A stretch of DNA of 63,796 nucleotides, filler included, from Saprolegnia diclina VS20 (lineage: Eukaryota), in assembly GCF_000281045.1 (NCBI RefSeq). It is 6 parts of 3 records of this genome, joined end to end, with 100 filler letters (N's around TTAATTAATTAA, not from the genome) between each part and the next. Parts side by side here need not be neighbours in the genome. Positions count along the whole stretch, not along the records: positions 1 to 20,349 come from NW_008246116.1; 5 more parts are not named here. One strand, written 5' to 3'. Positions 1-13,540 of the stretch are shown piece after piece (positions within the stretch are counted from its first letter, which is position 1; each line of letters begins with the position of its first letter). The position numbers and the translations under genes were made by a program. Under the pieces are notes generated by a model. It made no database searches. It saw only the letters and a program-made list of their open reading frames with translations, and was not told where the DNA came from.

Positions 1-2501
1 TCAGCCGTCATGGAGCGAATGGCGGCCGAGTCGGTCGCAAGGCGCGTCGTGAGGGCACCGGCCGAGTGCTTCTCGTCGTCAAACCAGCCAATGTCCTGAC
101 GCAGCATCGCGTCAAAGCACATGGCCCGAATGCGCGACGTGAGACGCTCGCAAGCAATCGCAAACTGATGGTTCTGGATGACAACGGCCGCGAAAAAGAC
201 GGCCCCCAACGCGGCGTACGCGCCCGACCAGATGGACGCTTCGTGCAGCATGGCATCGGCACCGAGATCAACGCGGAAAAAAAGCACAATCGACTTGGTC
301 AAGAGCACACCCCAGACAGGGAACACGGCGCCGTTGACGAGCGCACCAAGGCTGCCCAAAGCAAGGTTGAAGAACTCGGGCTGGCTCAAGCGCCAGACGC
401 GCATGAGCGGCACGGGCGCCGACACAAGCGACGCATCCGTCTCCGACGCCGACTCGATCGACGGTGCCATCGCGTCGACTTCGGTCGTCAGTGCCGGCTT
501 GTGCTGCAGCCGATTGTGGCCCGTCGCGACGGGGGACGCATCGTCGGTGGTCTCAGAAGATTTCATCTGCGCGTCGACAAGCGCCTTGTAGAGGCCGTCA
601 GGACGTTCCACTAGCTCGTCGTGTGCACCATCTTCCACGATACGACCAGCTTGGAGCACAACAATGCGGTCGGCGTTCCGGATCGTCGAGAGGCGGTGCG
701 CAATGATGATCGTCGTCCGGTTGCCCGACGCGACGAGACGGTCCAATGACGCCTGCACAATGTGCTCGCTCTCCGTGTCGAGCGCGGACGTCGCTTCGTC
801 CAGAATCAGAATGCTCGGGTTCTTGATGATCGCGCGCGCGATCGCAATACGTTGTTTCTACACATTGACGGTTTCATATCCTCGTAGAAAGTTGCAAAGT
901 GAGAAAGGACGACATACCTGACCACCCGAGAGCTGCGCGCCGCGATCGCCGACTTCGGTGTCGAAACCGTCCGGAAACCCCATGATAAAGTCGTACGCGT
1001 TGGCTTGCTTGGCGGCCGCAATCACCTCGTCGACCGTTGCGTCCGGCTTGCCATGGCGAATGTTATTGGCAATCGTGTCCTGAAACAGACACGGCTCTTG
1101 GCCCACGAGACCAATTTGGGATCGGAGCCACTTGAGGTTGAGGTCCTTGAGGTCGTAGTCGTCAAGCAGAACATTGCCGAAGAGCGGGTCGTAGAAGCGC
1201 TCGAGGAGCGAGACAATCGTGCTCTTGCCACTACCACTCGCACCGACGAGCGCAATCTTTTGGCCTGCCGGGATCGTGAGCGAGTAACCGGCGCAGACGC
1301 GGACGTCCGGTCGCGACGGGTACGCAAACGAAACGTTGGCCAGCGTGATATCACCGCGGACAGACGGCAAGGTCGTGCCCGACGCTGCGGCCGCATCGAT
1401 CTTGGACTCGAGCTCGATAAGTTCATAGACGCCTTGGGCAGCTGCACGGGCCGCAAAGATGGCTTGGATACCGGGGCTGGCTTGGCCAAGCGCCATCGAG
1501 CTCATGATGATGCAGAAGAAGATGACGAGGACGCGACTGCTGTCGTAGCAGCCGCTGCCGACACACGACCCGGTGATCTGGTCATCGGCGACCTTGACCG
1601 CGCCGTAGTACATACCGATCGCGTACGTGCAAAAGATGACAAAGAACATGCCGCCCGTGCCAACGCCGATGGCGACGCCTTTCTTGAGGCCGGCGGCTTC
1701 CGTCTTTGCCAGCGCTGCCTTATACTTGAGCGCGAACGACGTTATGGCGTTGAAGACGTGCACGGTGCGAATGTTACTCAGCGCTTCTTGTGCGATGCCG
1801 CCCGCCTCGGCGTACGCGTCGACGCCGACTTGAGTGGCCGTCGTGATCGCCTTGATCATCCAATAGCCGCTGCCAGCGACGAGCGGCGAGACAGCCAGCA
1901 AGACGAGCGCGAGCTCCCAGCCGTACACCAAGGCGACAATGACACCTGAGAGACCCATGGTGGAAAAATTGATGGCGTCCGCAACCTTGCGCCCAAGACC
2001 TTCTTGGATGATGAGCGTCGTATCCGCGACCCGCGTCGCGAGTTGCATGGGGTCGTTGACGTCGAACCAGCCGACTTCTTGGCGAAGGATGGCCGACGCG
2101 TAGGCGTGGCGAAGGCGCTTCGTCTGGCGCGCCGCCGCGATCGAAAAACACGCAATCTGCGCGAGGCCGCACAGAAGCGCAATCGCAGCGATGACCGCAA
2201 ACTGGATCGCGATGCGGCGAATGCCCGAGCGAAAGTTGTCGGAATCGTCGGTCACGCGGTTGGCGCCCAACGTATTGAGGGCGTCGCCAATGACAACGAT
2301 CTGCATGGGCAGAAGTACGCCCATGGTCATTGCACTCAGTGTACCGAGTGCGACGAGGACCTTGTCGGTGGTGTCGGCAAACGAAAAGAGCTTGGCGACA
2401 GACACCATGGCCGGCGACTTCGCGATGGGAGGCGCGCTGGCTTTTGGCGTCGAGCTCGGTGCATATGCACAAGAATCGTTGCTTGTGGGACTCGATAACA
2501 T
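1..2501 (-). CDS. ABC transporter subfamily B (MDR/P-glycoprotein-like), full-size; 3' part runs off the window
   Basis: ATG 2501. TMD1, Walker [11 protein letters not shown]-loop LVGQEP, signature LSGGQ. Intron 858-917 (CAG|GTATGT...TAG), then [28 protein letters not shown]-loop IAHRLST, linker and TMD2 ([15 protein letters not shown]) open to base 1. Confidence 0.95.
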
Positions 2502-3430
2502 TGTTTGCTAAGACGCTGCGACCGAGCCAATTCAAAACTGAGTTCATTTGATCGGCTCGACTGCACTCGCGCCCAGGAACCATCATTCTCTGCAGCCAGC
2601 ACGACAACGTCAGTGACGAGGGTGCACGCCTTTGAAAGAGCGATGCTGCGTGGACAATGGAATGTTCAAAGAAACATCCATGGTAGGTCAAGTTGGCATT
2701 TGGCAGCACTCGTTGCCAATAGTAATCAAGTTGTTTACCGCCTAACGCTTTGTTGCCTCAGTTGCAAATGCAGTTGGCCTAAGACATTCGACTGCAGCGG
2801 CGACGCGAACAGCAACGCCCGACCTGCGGGAAATGCAGTTGGACGTCGCATCGATTCCATTGTCTTTACATGACAGGCAGTCTCTGAAAGAAGCTCACAG
2901 AATCATCGTCCGGATAGGATTCGACCAAACAACGTTGCGGTCCAGTGTACTCGTGTGACATTATTGTCCATGATAGAAAAACCTGGGTTTCGTGCCCTTG
3001 AGGAGAACTAGGATGTGAATTGAGCTTACAATAGAGACTACGGATGCTGGCGAAAGCTGGGACTCCAACGGCGTACCGGTATATAATGGTGACATCGGTA
3101 TTTCGTGTCCAAAGAGGGCATCAACACCAAAACCGATGTGTCATGTTCCCGTGTCTCGAGATTTTCTTGTGTAAAGAAAGTCAAAACGCCTGAATAATGC
3201 ACTGTGCTGGGTTTGTAGGCTGCCTTGGCGCAACGCCCAGAAAGCTCACACAAGACGCCTACAAACAGACATGCAATTGGCTATAATCTTGACCTCGGGA
3301 TCCATCCACGGTCTGGTCAGCAATGACACCAGCGCAGCGTCACAGCACACACAATATATACTTTTACCCATACTTTTACCCGTGGGCCAGTGTGCCCCGA
3401 TTGGTGATAAGCGCGAGTAATTAAAAATAA

Positions 3431-3501
3431 TGCACCAACCCGGAATCGAACCCGGGGCATCTGAATGGCAACCAGATATTTTACCACTAAACCATTGGTG
3501 C
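3431..3501 (-). tRNA. tRNA-Gly(GCC)
   Basis: GCACCAA acceptor stem, D-loop AGTGGTA, anticodon loop TTGCCAT, TTCGATT T-loop, discriminator A, T5 tract downstream. One G:G mismatch in the T-stem. Confidence 0.9.
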
Positions 3502-4303
3502 ACTTCACATACCGTGCTATTTAAAACAAATATATAGAGAATAATATACTTTATTGCATTGGAAAGCAACAAGTTTACGGTGAGTTACCGCCGAGGGGCC
3601 GTCGCCCGAACGACACTACAAGGATCGTGCTAAGTGAAGCGGATGCAGATAATTAACCGCAATAAAATTGGATAAATACATCAGATTTTCACGCGCTAGT
3701 CCACTTCCTGCAAATTGGCACAGGTTGGTGAGACTCATAGTTACCTTAAATCCTAATGTGCACTACATGCGCGGCCTCGCTCCGCGACCAAAGTGGCTTC
3801 AACTCCGGTTGTCCCACCGAGAAGGGTGTACCGAGATCTTTTTCGTTTAAAGTGGCCAACTCTTCGGCTCCACCCTCCAATGGAAAACGCGTCCTGTGGG
3901 TCCCCGATGGCGGTCCTTCGTCTACGGACGTCCTGCTCGCTTGGATGATAAAGCCGGACGACTATGCAAGAAGTGCCTCGAAAGCGAAAGCCAGTATGCG
4001 TCGCATCACGAGCTAGAGTCCATGAAGCTGCGTGGGAGGTCGCCAACACATCAACCTCGGTCTCCCTCGCCCCTCCTCGAAACATTATCGAAGCGCGGTT
4101 CGAGACAATCAATTCGGCCATGAGTGCTTTTGGCTTCCTTCTACAAATGATATAATGGACGGCGTTAACCCTCCGACACAGCCCGACGCTTGTGGTTAAG
4201 AGTGTGCTTACGTGGCGGCGCCAGAGCCCTGCCGAGGAAGCCACCAATCATACGCCAGAATTTCGGAATGTTGGTGCTTCAAAAATAGGTGCTGGCTTTT
4301 CCG

Positions 4304-5562
4304 ATGGACGATGAACGCTTCGCTGCGGCCGCCGAGGACCTCCGGCGCCGCAACCGCGTCAAGCAGAAGCGGCTGCGCGAGCGCGTGGCCGCTGAGCGCC
4401 GAAGCCTCCGCGCGCAGGTCGCGACGCTCTGCAAGGCGCTCGCAGCGTCCGCGCACAAGCCCAACGACACGCTCTTGAGCTGGAAGACGATCGCCGCCGG
4501 CCTCGCGCGGTCGACCGTCGAGTCGCGGCTCTCGTCCGTCATGCTGCGCCAAGAGCTCGAGCGTACTTTGGCGCTGAGCGGCCGCATCCAAGCCTGGGTG
4601 GCGTCCATGCACCCGAGCCGAACCCTGCTCCCGGTACGTATTGCTCGATATCGATCATCGAACGCATGGGAGCTGTACTAGGCGGCTCCGTTTAGCTGGA
4701 TCAACATTACGCTCGTGGATGACATTGCGTCGCGCAAAGTCGGGCTCGACTGGTACACGCAGCACTTGTATTTCAACACGGAGCGGATGGTCGCCCTCTG
4801 CAACTTCCCGTCCCATGGCGCCATCATGGACAACTTGATCCTGGAGCTCGGCCAGGACCTCGTCGATCTCATTGGCCGCATTCAAATCGACTACGACCAG
4901 TCGCTCGAGGCGACGTATGCGCTCTTGCGCGATACGATCTGGGCCGAGCTGCGGGGCGATACGCACTCGTTTGTGTCCGAGTTTCTCGACCAAGAGGTAC
5001 AATATTGTCTACTATTTTCCACACTCTCGTATAAATACGAATTTATGTAAATAGCTCACGGAAGCGATCGACCCGACCATGCTGTACCGCCGGACGGTAC
5101 TCGAGGTCGACGAGAGCAACTACTACGTCTGCCGCGAGTTTTGCACCGACGACCGCATCGTGTTTTTGTTTGGGAATTTCAGCCAGGACGCCCGGCAGCC
5201 CGAGAACCACCGATGGCGCCCGCGTCTCTTCTGGTGCGTCGACCCTTTGCTCTTTTATTGGATAAGGAAATTATTGGAATAGGTATATTTTGGAGCGCCA
5301 TGGTCCGCACCGGACGCGGCTCAAGGTCATCATGTACAACGGCCCGAAAATGATTTATGGTCGACTCAATACGTGGCGAAACGTACTGGAGAGCGTCAAC
5401 GAGTACAACCCCGAGAAGACCGACGCGCAACTCTTTGCGCGGTACCGCGAGCTCGTCGACGAGCAGTTTTACCACCTCTTGCGTGTCGACTATGCGTCGC
5501 TGACGCTGCAGGCGGGCGAGATCGAGCGCTCGGCCGTCGAAAACGTCCACCGCATCAAGTAA
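4304..5562 (+). CDS. bZIP-like basic region/zipper + conserved C-terminal (START-like?) domain protein, copy 1
   Basis: RRRNRVKQKRLRER plus heptad leucines; motifs LSWKTIAAGL, RKVGLDWYTQHLYFNT, GRIQIDY, NYYVCREF, WRPRLFW, YNGPK. GT-AG introns 4634-4681, 4997-5054, 5234-5282 join in frame. Confidence 0.85.
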
Positions 5563-6216
5563 GATAGACTTAGTACTTGGTAGTGTATAATCAAAACAAG
5601 ACATTTGTATCTCTAAAATCTCTAAAGAGGCTATAGTCCATTTTGGTCTTTAGAGTGACCGGAAACGCCCCACGTAGAACAACCCGATGAGCCCTGGCGC
5701 GCGAGTAAGATGCTTGCTAGACTGAATGCAGTCGACGTCTTTGTGGTCATTAATGTAAGAAACGCGAAATTTGCTCCCATACTACGGTGGGACGCAAGAT
5801 TCGTCACCACCAGTCGCCGGAGGGGTTAGGGTTGGAATGTGTACTGTTTTGTTTGCCGTGATACCAAACACGGTGATGTGGACACTGCGACAGTGTATCT
5901 GTACATTGTACATTGTCCGTTGTACTTTGCAGAGCTTTACACGATGTGGTTGCTGCTAGTTGCTGTTGCTAGCTGGGATTGCACAGCTTGCGATGACGGC
6001 TCGATGACCCAGTGGACCAACGACCTAGTGGGGCAGTTTGGCCTCGTTGTGATAGGAAAAGCCTTGTTTCCGGTCCGGCTATCTGTCGTCAGGCTACTAC
6101 TATGTCAAATGCTCGCGTGACGAGATGCCACACCACGCCTTTCTGTCTGGTAATCGAACGAATGGGAATGCAGGTTCTCAGAGTGTCGGTCGTCGAACCC
6201 GCTATTTTGAGCTGCG

Positions 6217-7461
6217 ATGGTCGACGACGCGGCGAGCGAGCGCCTCCGGCTGCGCAACCGGCAGAAGCAGAAGCGCCACCGCGACCGCCACAACGCCGAG
6301 CGCGACGCACTCCTCGCCGAGGTAGCCGACCTCCGGCGAAGCCTGCGCCGCGCTGCCAAGCTAAGCGCCCGGCGCTCGAAGCCGACCTCGACGCTCGTGC
6401 CGTGGACTGCGATTGCGGCCACGCTCGCCGAAGAGGCTTCGGAAGCCGAGGCAACGCGCGTCGCTCTAAATACGCATCGAGAGCGACTGGAGAAGCTGAG
6501 CCGGTCGCTCGCGTCCATGGTCTCGACCGTTGCCCGCGGTGTGCCTGTACGGCCTTCTCTCTGTCCACCCATGGCTCATGGTCATCGCCTGTAGATGCAA
6601 GCCGAGCCATGGAACTCGATCGCGCTGGTCGCTGAGCCTTGCGCGCGCCAGCTGGGCCTCGACTGGTTCACGCGCCATTTGCACGCCAACACGGAACGCA
6701 TGCTGCAGCTCAGCGCCTTTCCGTGCGATGGTGCGGTGAAAGACACGGTCGTGCGTGACTGTGGCAATGGCGTCGCCGACCTCCTCGGGCGTATCCAGAT
6801 CGAGTACAGTCTCTCGCTCGAGACGGCGCACGCCGCGCTCCGCGGTCGCATTTGGGACGAGCTCACCGGCGTCAACAGCTCGTGCGCGGTCGAGCCGCTC
6901 GACATGGACGTACGTCTTATCTCTCCACGTGATTCGCAAGTAATTGTACTAGCTCGTTGCGCGGATCGAGCACCCGTCGTGCATGACGTACCTGCGCTCG
7001 GCCATCTCGGCCGACGAGTCCAACTTCTTTGTCGCGCGGGAAGTCCGCACCCGCGATCGCGTCGTCTTTGCCCAAGGCAACTTTACACAAGACGCATCGC
7101 AGCCGGCAAATCTGCAGTGGCGCCCGCGCATGTACTGGTACGGCTCGAGATCTTGAAAGAAAAAAAGGTCGAGTGGCGTTCTAGGTACGTCCTCGACCGC
7201 ATTGGGCCACACCGCACGCGCCTTCGCGCCATGTTGTACAATGGCCCGAAAATCCGTGCCGGCACGCTCGTGCCGTGGCAGCGAGACACGGGCTTGATGA
7301 ACCTCACGGCCGCCCCGGACGCCGAAGCTCTGGACTTCGATACGTTCCGGCGTCTCGTACGCCGCCACGTACAGCCAATCATGGACGTCGACTACACCGC
7401 GCTGCTGTTGCCCGAGGCGAGCCCCGAGTCGATGGCCACCGAACTGCTGGATCTTGCATAA
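6217..7461 (+). CDS. bZIP-like + START-like(?) protein, copy 2
   Basis: RLRNRQKQKRHRDR; RQLGLDWFTRHLHANT. Introns 6547-6594, 6910-6952, 7138-7184 at the same positions as copy 1. Confidence 0.85.
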
Positions 7462-8392
7462 TGATGAAATTAGAGGAAAAGTCCTCGCCGTGTTTCCTCA
7501 AGTTGCCGATGGCGGGTTGCTCACTCAATGTGGCACTTGAAGGGTAATGTACTGAGGGAATACCTCGCCCAACGAATCATAGCTGCGCCGTCGATAGTCC
7601 TCAAAGTCTAGTCACGCGGCTAGAAGCAGTATGCCCGGGGCCATTACCGAGGTCTTGCGAAACCGCGTCGCCGCCGTTTGGGATGTCGGACACACTCGGC
7701 GGCGGTACATCCCGAGGTGTGCGGTAACGGCTCATGCGGTAGCCAAGCGGAGCTACTAATCGAGCCACTCTCGTTACTGTGTTCGCACGTTCAACTTGAT
7801 CGTGGTGGTACAAGGTGGGTGTAAACACTGCAGTGTCTCTGGAACAACGATGACGCAGAGGCCTTGGCTGCGACGCACGCTCGATGGCTAACACACACGT
7901 AGTTGGGTACCACAACTCCGGGTGTACTCTTCTTTGTTTACTTGACGCCATGACCACGTCGAGCTCCAGTAGTCTTGCTGAATACGAACTCGTCACCACT
8001 TCAGAATTGATATTGTTGCCGCGAATGTTTCCCAATTTTTTCTCGGATTGCACATTGGCTCGACTTTTCAATGGACAGGCACACAGTTTCAAGTTGGATC
8101 GGATTTGCAGTTGTCCAAAAGTGGACTTTTCGTCTTCTCACGCAGTTGGTCGGAGAACTTGACACGCTTTCTTTGAACTGCTGCACCAGACTCGTGCCAG
8201 GTGATAATGACATTTGCACCGTTGCCACAACAAACGACAAGGTAATGTGCAGAGAAGACGTGGTTTGGTGCATCGCTATGCATTTCAAGGTCCAAGAACA
8301 GGAATAAACGAGCATATTTGTGGCAGATGGATCGAGAGTGGGAGCGTGCACCTGATGGCGCGTTGTTAATTCCATTAGCGAGAACACACGCC

Positions 8393-9638
8393 ATGCCGCA
8401 GCCGACGTCGGAAGCGCTTCGCCGCGCCGAGCACCAGCGACTGCGCAACCGGCTCAAGCAGAAGCGCCACCGCGACCGGTTCACAACCGAGCGCAAGCAG
8501 CTCCTCGCACGCATCAACGATCTGCGCGCCGTGGTCACGCGACTTGAGACTCGCAAGCCGCCCAAGACGTCGCTGCCGTGGAAGATCATCGCTGGCGGCC
8601 TGGCGCAGGCCAGCGTCGAGTCGCGCCTGACGCTCGAGTTGCTGCGCCAGCGCGCAGCCGCGCTCGACCACCTTGCGCGCGCGATGTCGGCGTGGGTCGC
8701 GGCCGCGAGCACCAAGCATCCCTTGCCGGTACAGTCACTTTGCACTTTCCAGTCTAAACAAACGCAATTTAGACGGGCAGCAATGTCTTGGCCTGGAACC
8801 AAGTGACGCTGCACGCCGAGCCCACGACGCGGAAGCTCGGTCTTGACTGGTTCACGCAACACATGTACCACAACACGGACCGCATTTTAGCGGCAGCCGC
8901 CTTTCCGTCAGAAGGCACAGTCCGCGACATTGCAGTCCTTGGCTCGGCGGCCGACGACCTACTGCATGTGCTCGGGCGTATTCAGATCGTGTACGACGCA
9001 CCACTGTGGGCAACGTACGCGGCGCTCGAGAGCAAGATTTGGCGTAAATTGCGCGGGGATACGTATCCGTGGGTCTCGCAATTTCTAGACGAAGAGGTAC
9101 AAGATCGACATCAAATCGCCTGCTCACTTACGCTGACGATGGTAGATGACACAAAGCATCGACGCCAAGATGGTCTACAGGCGGTCGCCAATGGACGCGG
9201 ACGAAAGCAACTACTACGTGAGCCGCGAGTTTGCTTCGGACGACCGTATCGTCTTTTTGACCGGTAATTTCAACCAAGACACGCTCCAACCTGTGAACGA
9301 AATGTGGCGGCCGCGCATGTTTTGGTACACGTTTTCTACATGTATACGCAAACATCTCATGGATATGTGGTGTTAGGTTTCTGCTAGAGCGGGCGGGGCC
9401 GCACCAAACTCGGCTGCGCTGGGTCTCGTGCACGGGCCCCAAGATCGACCGTGGCGTACCAATGACGTGGCGCGAGGACATGGCGTCGTTGGACTTGGAC
9501 GTTTCAGATCTTTCGGACGACGCGCAGTTTACCGAATTCCAGCACATCCTCGAGCGCGATTGGATGCCACTGCTCACGAGCGACTTTGCGTTCTTAGCAA
9601 ATAGTGCCGACGCGACGGACGCGCCATCGATAATCTGA
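8393..9638 (+). CDS. bZIP-like + START-like(?) protein, copy 3
   Basis: EHQRLRNRLKQKRHRDR; LPWKIIAGGL; RKLGLDWFTQHMYHNT. Introns 8729-8772, 9097-9145, 9325-9376; TGA 9636-9638. Confidence 0.85.
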
Positions 9639-10290
9639 TTCACCCGACGAGCTAAGTGAATATGGAGGAGAGTCAACATTCCTTTTGTTCTGGATTCGCC
9701 GCGGTACGACCAGCCGTGCCTCTCTGGAAGGCTCTGGAACACACGACAACCGGACGATATAGCGTGCCACATCACCTCTGCAGCATGACTTGAGTCTCAT
9801 GGATCTCACCAGAAACGCAAAAGCTAACGGTACAACAAGACTGGTAAGAGAGGTCGTAGATGCTTGCAGAGGGTTGACCAGGCGAGGCAAAGACAGCACA
9901 CAGACGTTGCAGCGCAAATAGCGTGCGGGCAGGTGGAAAGCCCGAGTGTACGAATCTGAAGTGAGGCCCGAGATCTTTCCCAGTCGTCACTTGATAACCC
10001 CCTTCCCTTGTATACTTTACATTTATCAAGATACAACCAGTCGTTGAAGATTCGACCTGCCCCGGTGTACCGGTGCAGTCTCATAACTGGCGAAAAAAAC
10101 CAAGGGTGCAAAGGACGGACTTGCACCCACTCGTTGGCATCGCTCGACTCGTTGTCCACGACAGTTGCTTGCACAGAGAGTCGACGACCGCACGAGCAAA
10201 TTCCTCCACCCAGTGATCAAAAGATAGATGGGTTTCAGCGTCGTAGTCGAGCTTCAACAAGCCATCCACCACCGCAATGAGTGCCGTGGA

Positions 10291-10309
10291 CCAATCAGAT
10301 CCAATCAGA
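10291..10309 (+). promoter_or_regulatory. tandem CCAAT boxes upstream of array copy 4
   Basis: CCAATCAGAT CCAATCAGA about 20-35 bp before the ATG. CCAATCA also precedes copies 1 (4244), 5 (12255) and 7 (16058, 16086). Confidence 0.5.
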
Positions 10310-10327
10310 CTGTTGGTCTTTCCGACC

Positions 10328-11662
10328 ATGCCAGCGTCGGAGTTTGTGTTTTTCATGGAAGCGCGCGTCGAGCACCAGCGTCTGCGCAACCGGCTCAAGC
10401 AGAAGCGCCATCGCGACCGGTTCACGACCGAGCGAAAGGAGCTCCTGAGTCAGCTCGCAGAGCTCCGCGACGTCGTCGCCAAGCTCGCGACACGCCTGCC
10501 TGCCTCTGCCCCGATGTCGACCTCGTGCTTGCCGTGGAAGGACGTCGCCGCCGGCCTCGCGCAGGCCAATGCCGAGTCGCGCCTCACGTTGCAGGTGCTA
10601 CGCGACGCCACCGCATCAATGCAGAACCTCGCGTGTACGCTGGCGACATGGGTCGGCCAGTCGGTCCCGTCGCCCTTGCAGGTACGAACATCATATACGT
10701 ACCACACGTATCATCGTGTTCTCTAGCTCGATGACAACCCGCTGCGTGGCTTGACGACGTTGACGCTGCCCGCCGACCCGGAAGCGCGTAAGCGAGGACT
10801 CGATTGGTACTCGCAGCACTTGCTGTTCAACACCGACCGCATGCTACAGCTCTCTGGGTTTCCGTCCACCGGGACACTCCACGACGTCCTTGTGACCGAC
10901 GACGCTGAGAGCGGCTTGTCGGACATTCTCGGGCGCATTCAAATCGAGTACAACCTCCCACTGCACAAGACTTACAGCGCGCTCGCCGATAAGATTTGGG
11001 CCGAGCTGCGCGGCGACACGCACGTGTCCATGTCGGAATTTCTCGACACCGAGGTACGAGTACACATTAATATTGTCATTTGGGACAAGGAACATCTTGA
11101 CCGATACTGCTGTGTAGACAACGGCGGCGATCGACCCCAAAATGCTCTACCGCCGCACTCCGCTCGGGCCGAAAGAGAGCAACTACTACGTCTGCCGCGA
11201 GTTTGCATCCGACGACCGCATCGTGTTTTTGTTTGGGAATTTCAGCCAAGACGTCCTCCACCCTATCAACCACATGTGGCGCCCGCGGCTCTTTTGGTGC
11301 GTCTGCAGTGCTCAATGTCTAAAATGCGTGATTTCAAAATATGTAGGTACGTTCTCGAACGCGTCGCCCCCAACCAAACACGCGTCCGCACCATGTTGTA
11401 CAACGGCCCAAAAGTTGTGCACGGCAAAATCATGACGTGGCGCGACGATTTGCTCCGGATCGAGCAATTTGCAAAGTGCAATGTCGCGACTAGTACGACC
11501 TCCCACGCGTTTGCGCGGTACCAGCACTTGGTCGTCGAGCACGGTTGGCAGGCGTTCCTCGACAGCGTCCTTGGCGTCATAGCGCTGCCGCCCGAAAGTA
11601 CAGTTCCGACTCGGTCGCATCTCAATACTCTCTGCAATCGACCCGCCGCCGACAAGGCGTAA
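10328..11662 (+). CDS. bZIP-like + START-like(?) protein, copy 4
   Basis: EHQRLRNRLKQKRHRDR; LPWKDVAAGL; RKRGLDWYSQHLLFNT. Introns 10682-10726, 11054-11117, 11297-11346. Start codon choice uncertain. Confidence 0.85.
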
Positions 11663-12305
11663 TGCTCTCAACAAAAAATGAGGTTTCGTTTTTAACGTTA
11701 GTTCCTTTTGCATGGCCCATGGGACGAGAATTGTTGAATTTGGCACTGGGATCAGGTGCGCATCAGTGCCTGCTAGGCGAGCCTGATACTCACTGCCTGA
11801 TACTGGCCTTGGAGTTTATATATTCGACAACAAAATCGGTCTCTCAGCGAACCCAACTGCCCTTCAGGGCGACTAGCGCGTGCGCCTGCCTCGCTTGAAC
11901 GGGGTCGTCGTATGCACGAGTGCGGTTTATGCACATACGCACACATGGTTTTCGTGACCAGAAATCTTCTTCCTCGTTTCTTCCTGGTGGTCTTTTACGC
12001 GCCCCCGACAAAGTGCGCCGCCACTAACTCGGGTGCCGTTGACGGCCATCGCTTTCGCCATAATCGATCATGTATCGCAAAAAATCTCACGGTACCTAGC
12101 TGCGCATGCGCTAGTGTCCTAGGACACCAGCCCATCATCGCGGCCACAACGAAATTCCTCTTTCGGCTTTCGACGCAACTCGCGGACGTCGTTTTCTCAC
12201 GCAGGTTAGTAAGCCAAGCCCTTCAAACGACGTGCTGCGATTGGCTCTTTTGGGCCAATCATACGCAATGTAGTCAATTGTTGTGGCCATTGGCAACACA
12301 ATGCC

Positions 12306-13540
12306 ATGGTTCTGCTCGACGACAGCAGCAAGGACGGCGCGGGCCGCTCCGAGCACCAGCGGATGCGCAACCGCATGAAGCAGAAGCGCCACCGCGACCG
12401 GTTTACGACCGAACGCTCGCTTCTCCGCGCGCAAGTCGAAGAGCTTAGCCGCTTGCTACCGACATTAGCCGCCGCCAACAAGAGCTCGCTCGTGCCATGG
12501 CGCGACGTCGCCGCCGGCCTCGCACAGGCCAGCGTCGAGTCCCGCCTCTCGCTCGAGATGCTGCGCGCCAAGTGCGAAGAGCTCAGCAAGCGCATTGCGC
12601 TTATGACGACGTGGGTCGGGTCTATGACCCGGCCGCCGTCGCCGGCTATCGTACGTTTACGTCGTTGGTGTTGTGCTCGTGGCTCACATAGCGTGTAGGT
12701 GTGGCACTTGCCGTCGCCGACGGTTCTTCTCGCCGACGTCGAAGCGCGAAAGCTCGGGCTCAACTGGTTTACGCAGCACATGTATTTCAACACGGACCGC
12801 GCACTCACGGCGACCGGGCTCCACGCGACGACGGGCAGCCTCCAAGACCTCGTGGTCGTTGACCGCGGCAACGGCTTTGCGGATATCATTGGCCGCATTC
12901 AAGTAACCAATCATCTCTCGCTCGAGGCGACGTTTGCGGCGCTCCAGGACAAAATTTGGGCCGAGATGCGGGGGGATACGCACCCGTGCGGGACAGAATT
13001 TCTTGACGAAGAGGTACTATTTTCATATTGTATGAATATGTTCTGACGCAGCATGAACATTGGCGCAGCTCGTGCGTGGCATCGACCCACGCATGGTGTA
13101 TAGGCGCACGGCGCTCACGGCGGACGAGAGCAACTACTACGTTTGTCGCGAGTTTGTTTCGGAGAACCGGATCGTGTTTTTGTTTGGGAATTTCAACCAA
13201 GACGCGCTCCAGCCCGTGAACCTCCAGTGGCGCCCGCGCATGTTTTGGTACATCTTTGCTATTTGACTCAACATGTCTGTACAAAGGGTGTAGGTATGTG
13301 CTCGAGCGCATGGGGCCGACCGAGACGCGGATCAAAGCCCTCTTTTACAACGGACCCAAAGTTGTCCAAGGTCGCGTCCTGACGTGGAAGGAAGACATGT
13401 GCAACTGCGAAGGCGTTGACGTGCCGGATGGGTCCGACGACCTCCTCTTTTCTGAGTACCAACAGTCGATTGACCGCGATTGGCGGCCCATGATGACGAG
13501 CGACGTTGAAATCTTGACCCTCCGCAGTGACGCGACGTAG
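12306..13540 (+). CDS. bZIP-like + START-like(?) protein, copy 5
   Basis: EHQRMRNRMKQKRHRDR; VPWRDVAAGL; RKLGLNWFTQHMYFNT. Introns 12651-12698, 13014-13068, 13248-13293. Confidence 0.85.

Noticed and set aside
7560..8310. Short ORFs in array spacers (also 9700-10250 and 13590-14450) as genes or transposon remnants
   Set aside because: No recognisable domain, terminal repeats or coding-like codon bias.
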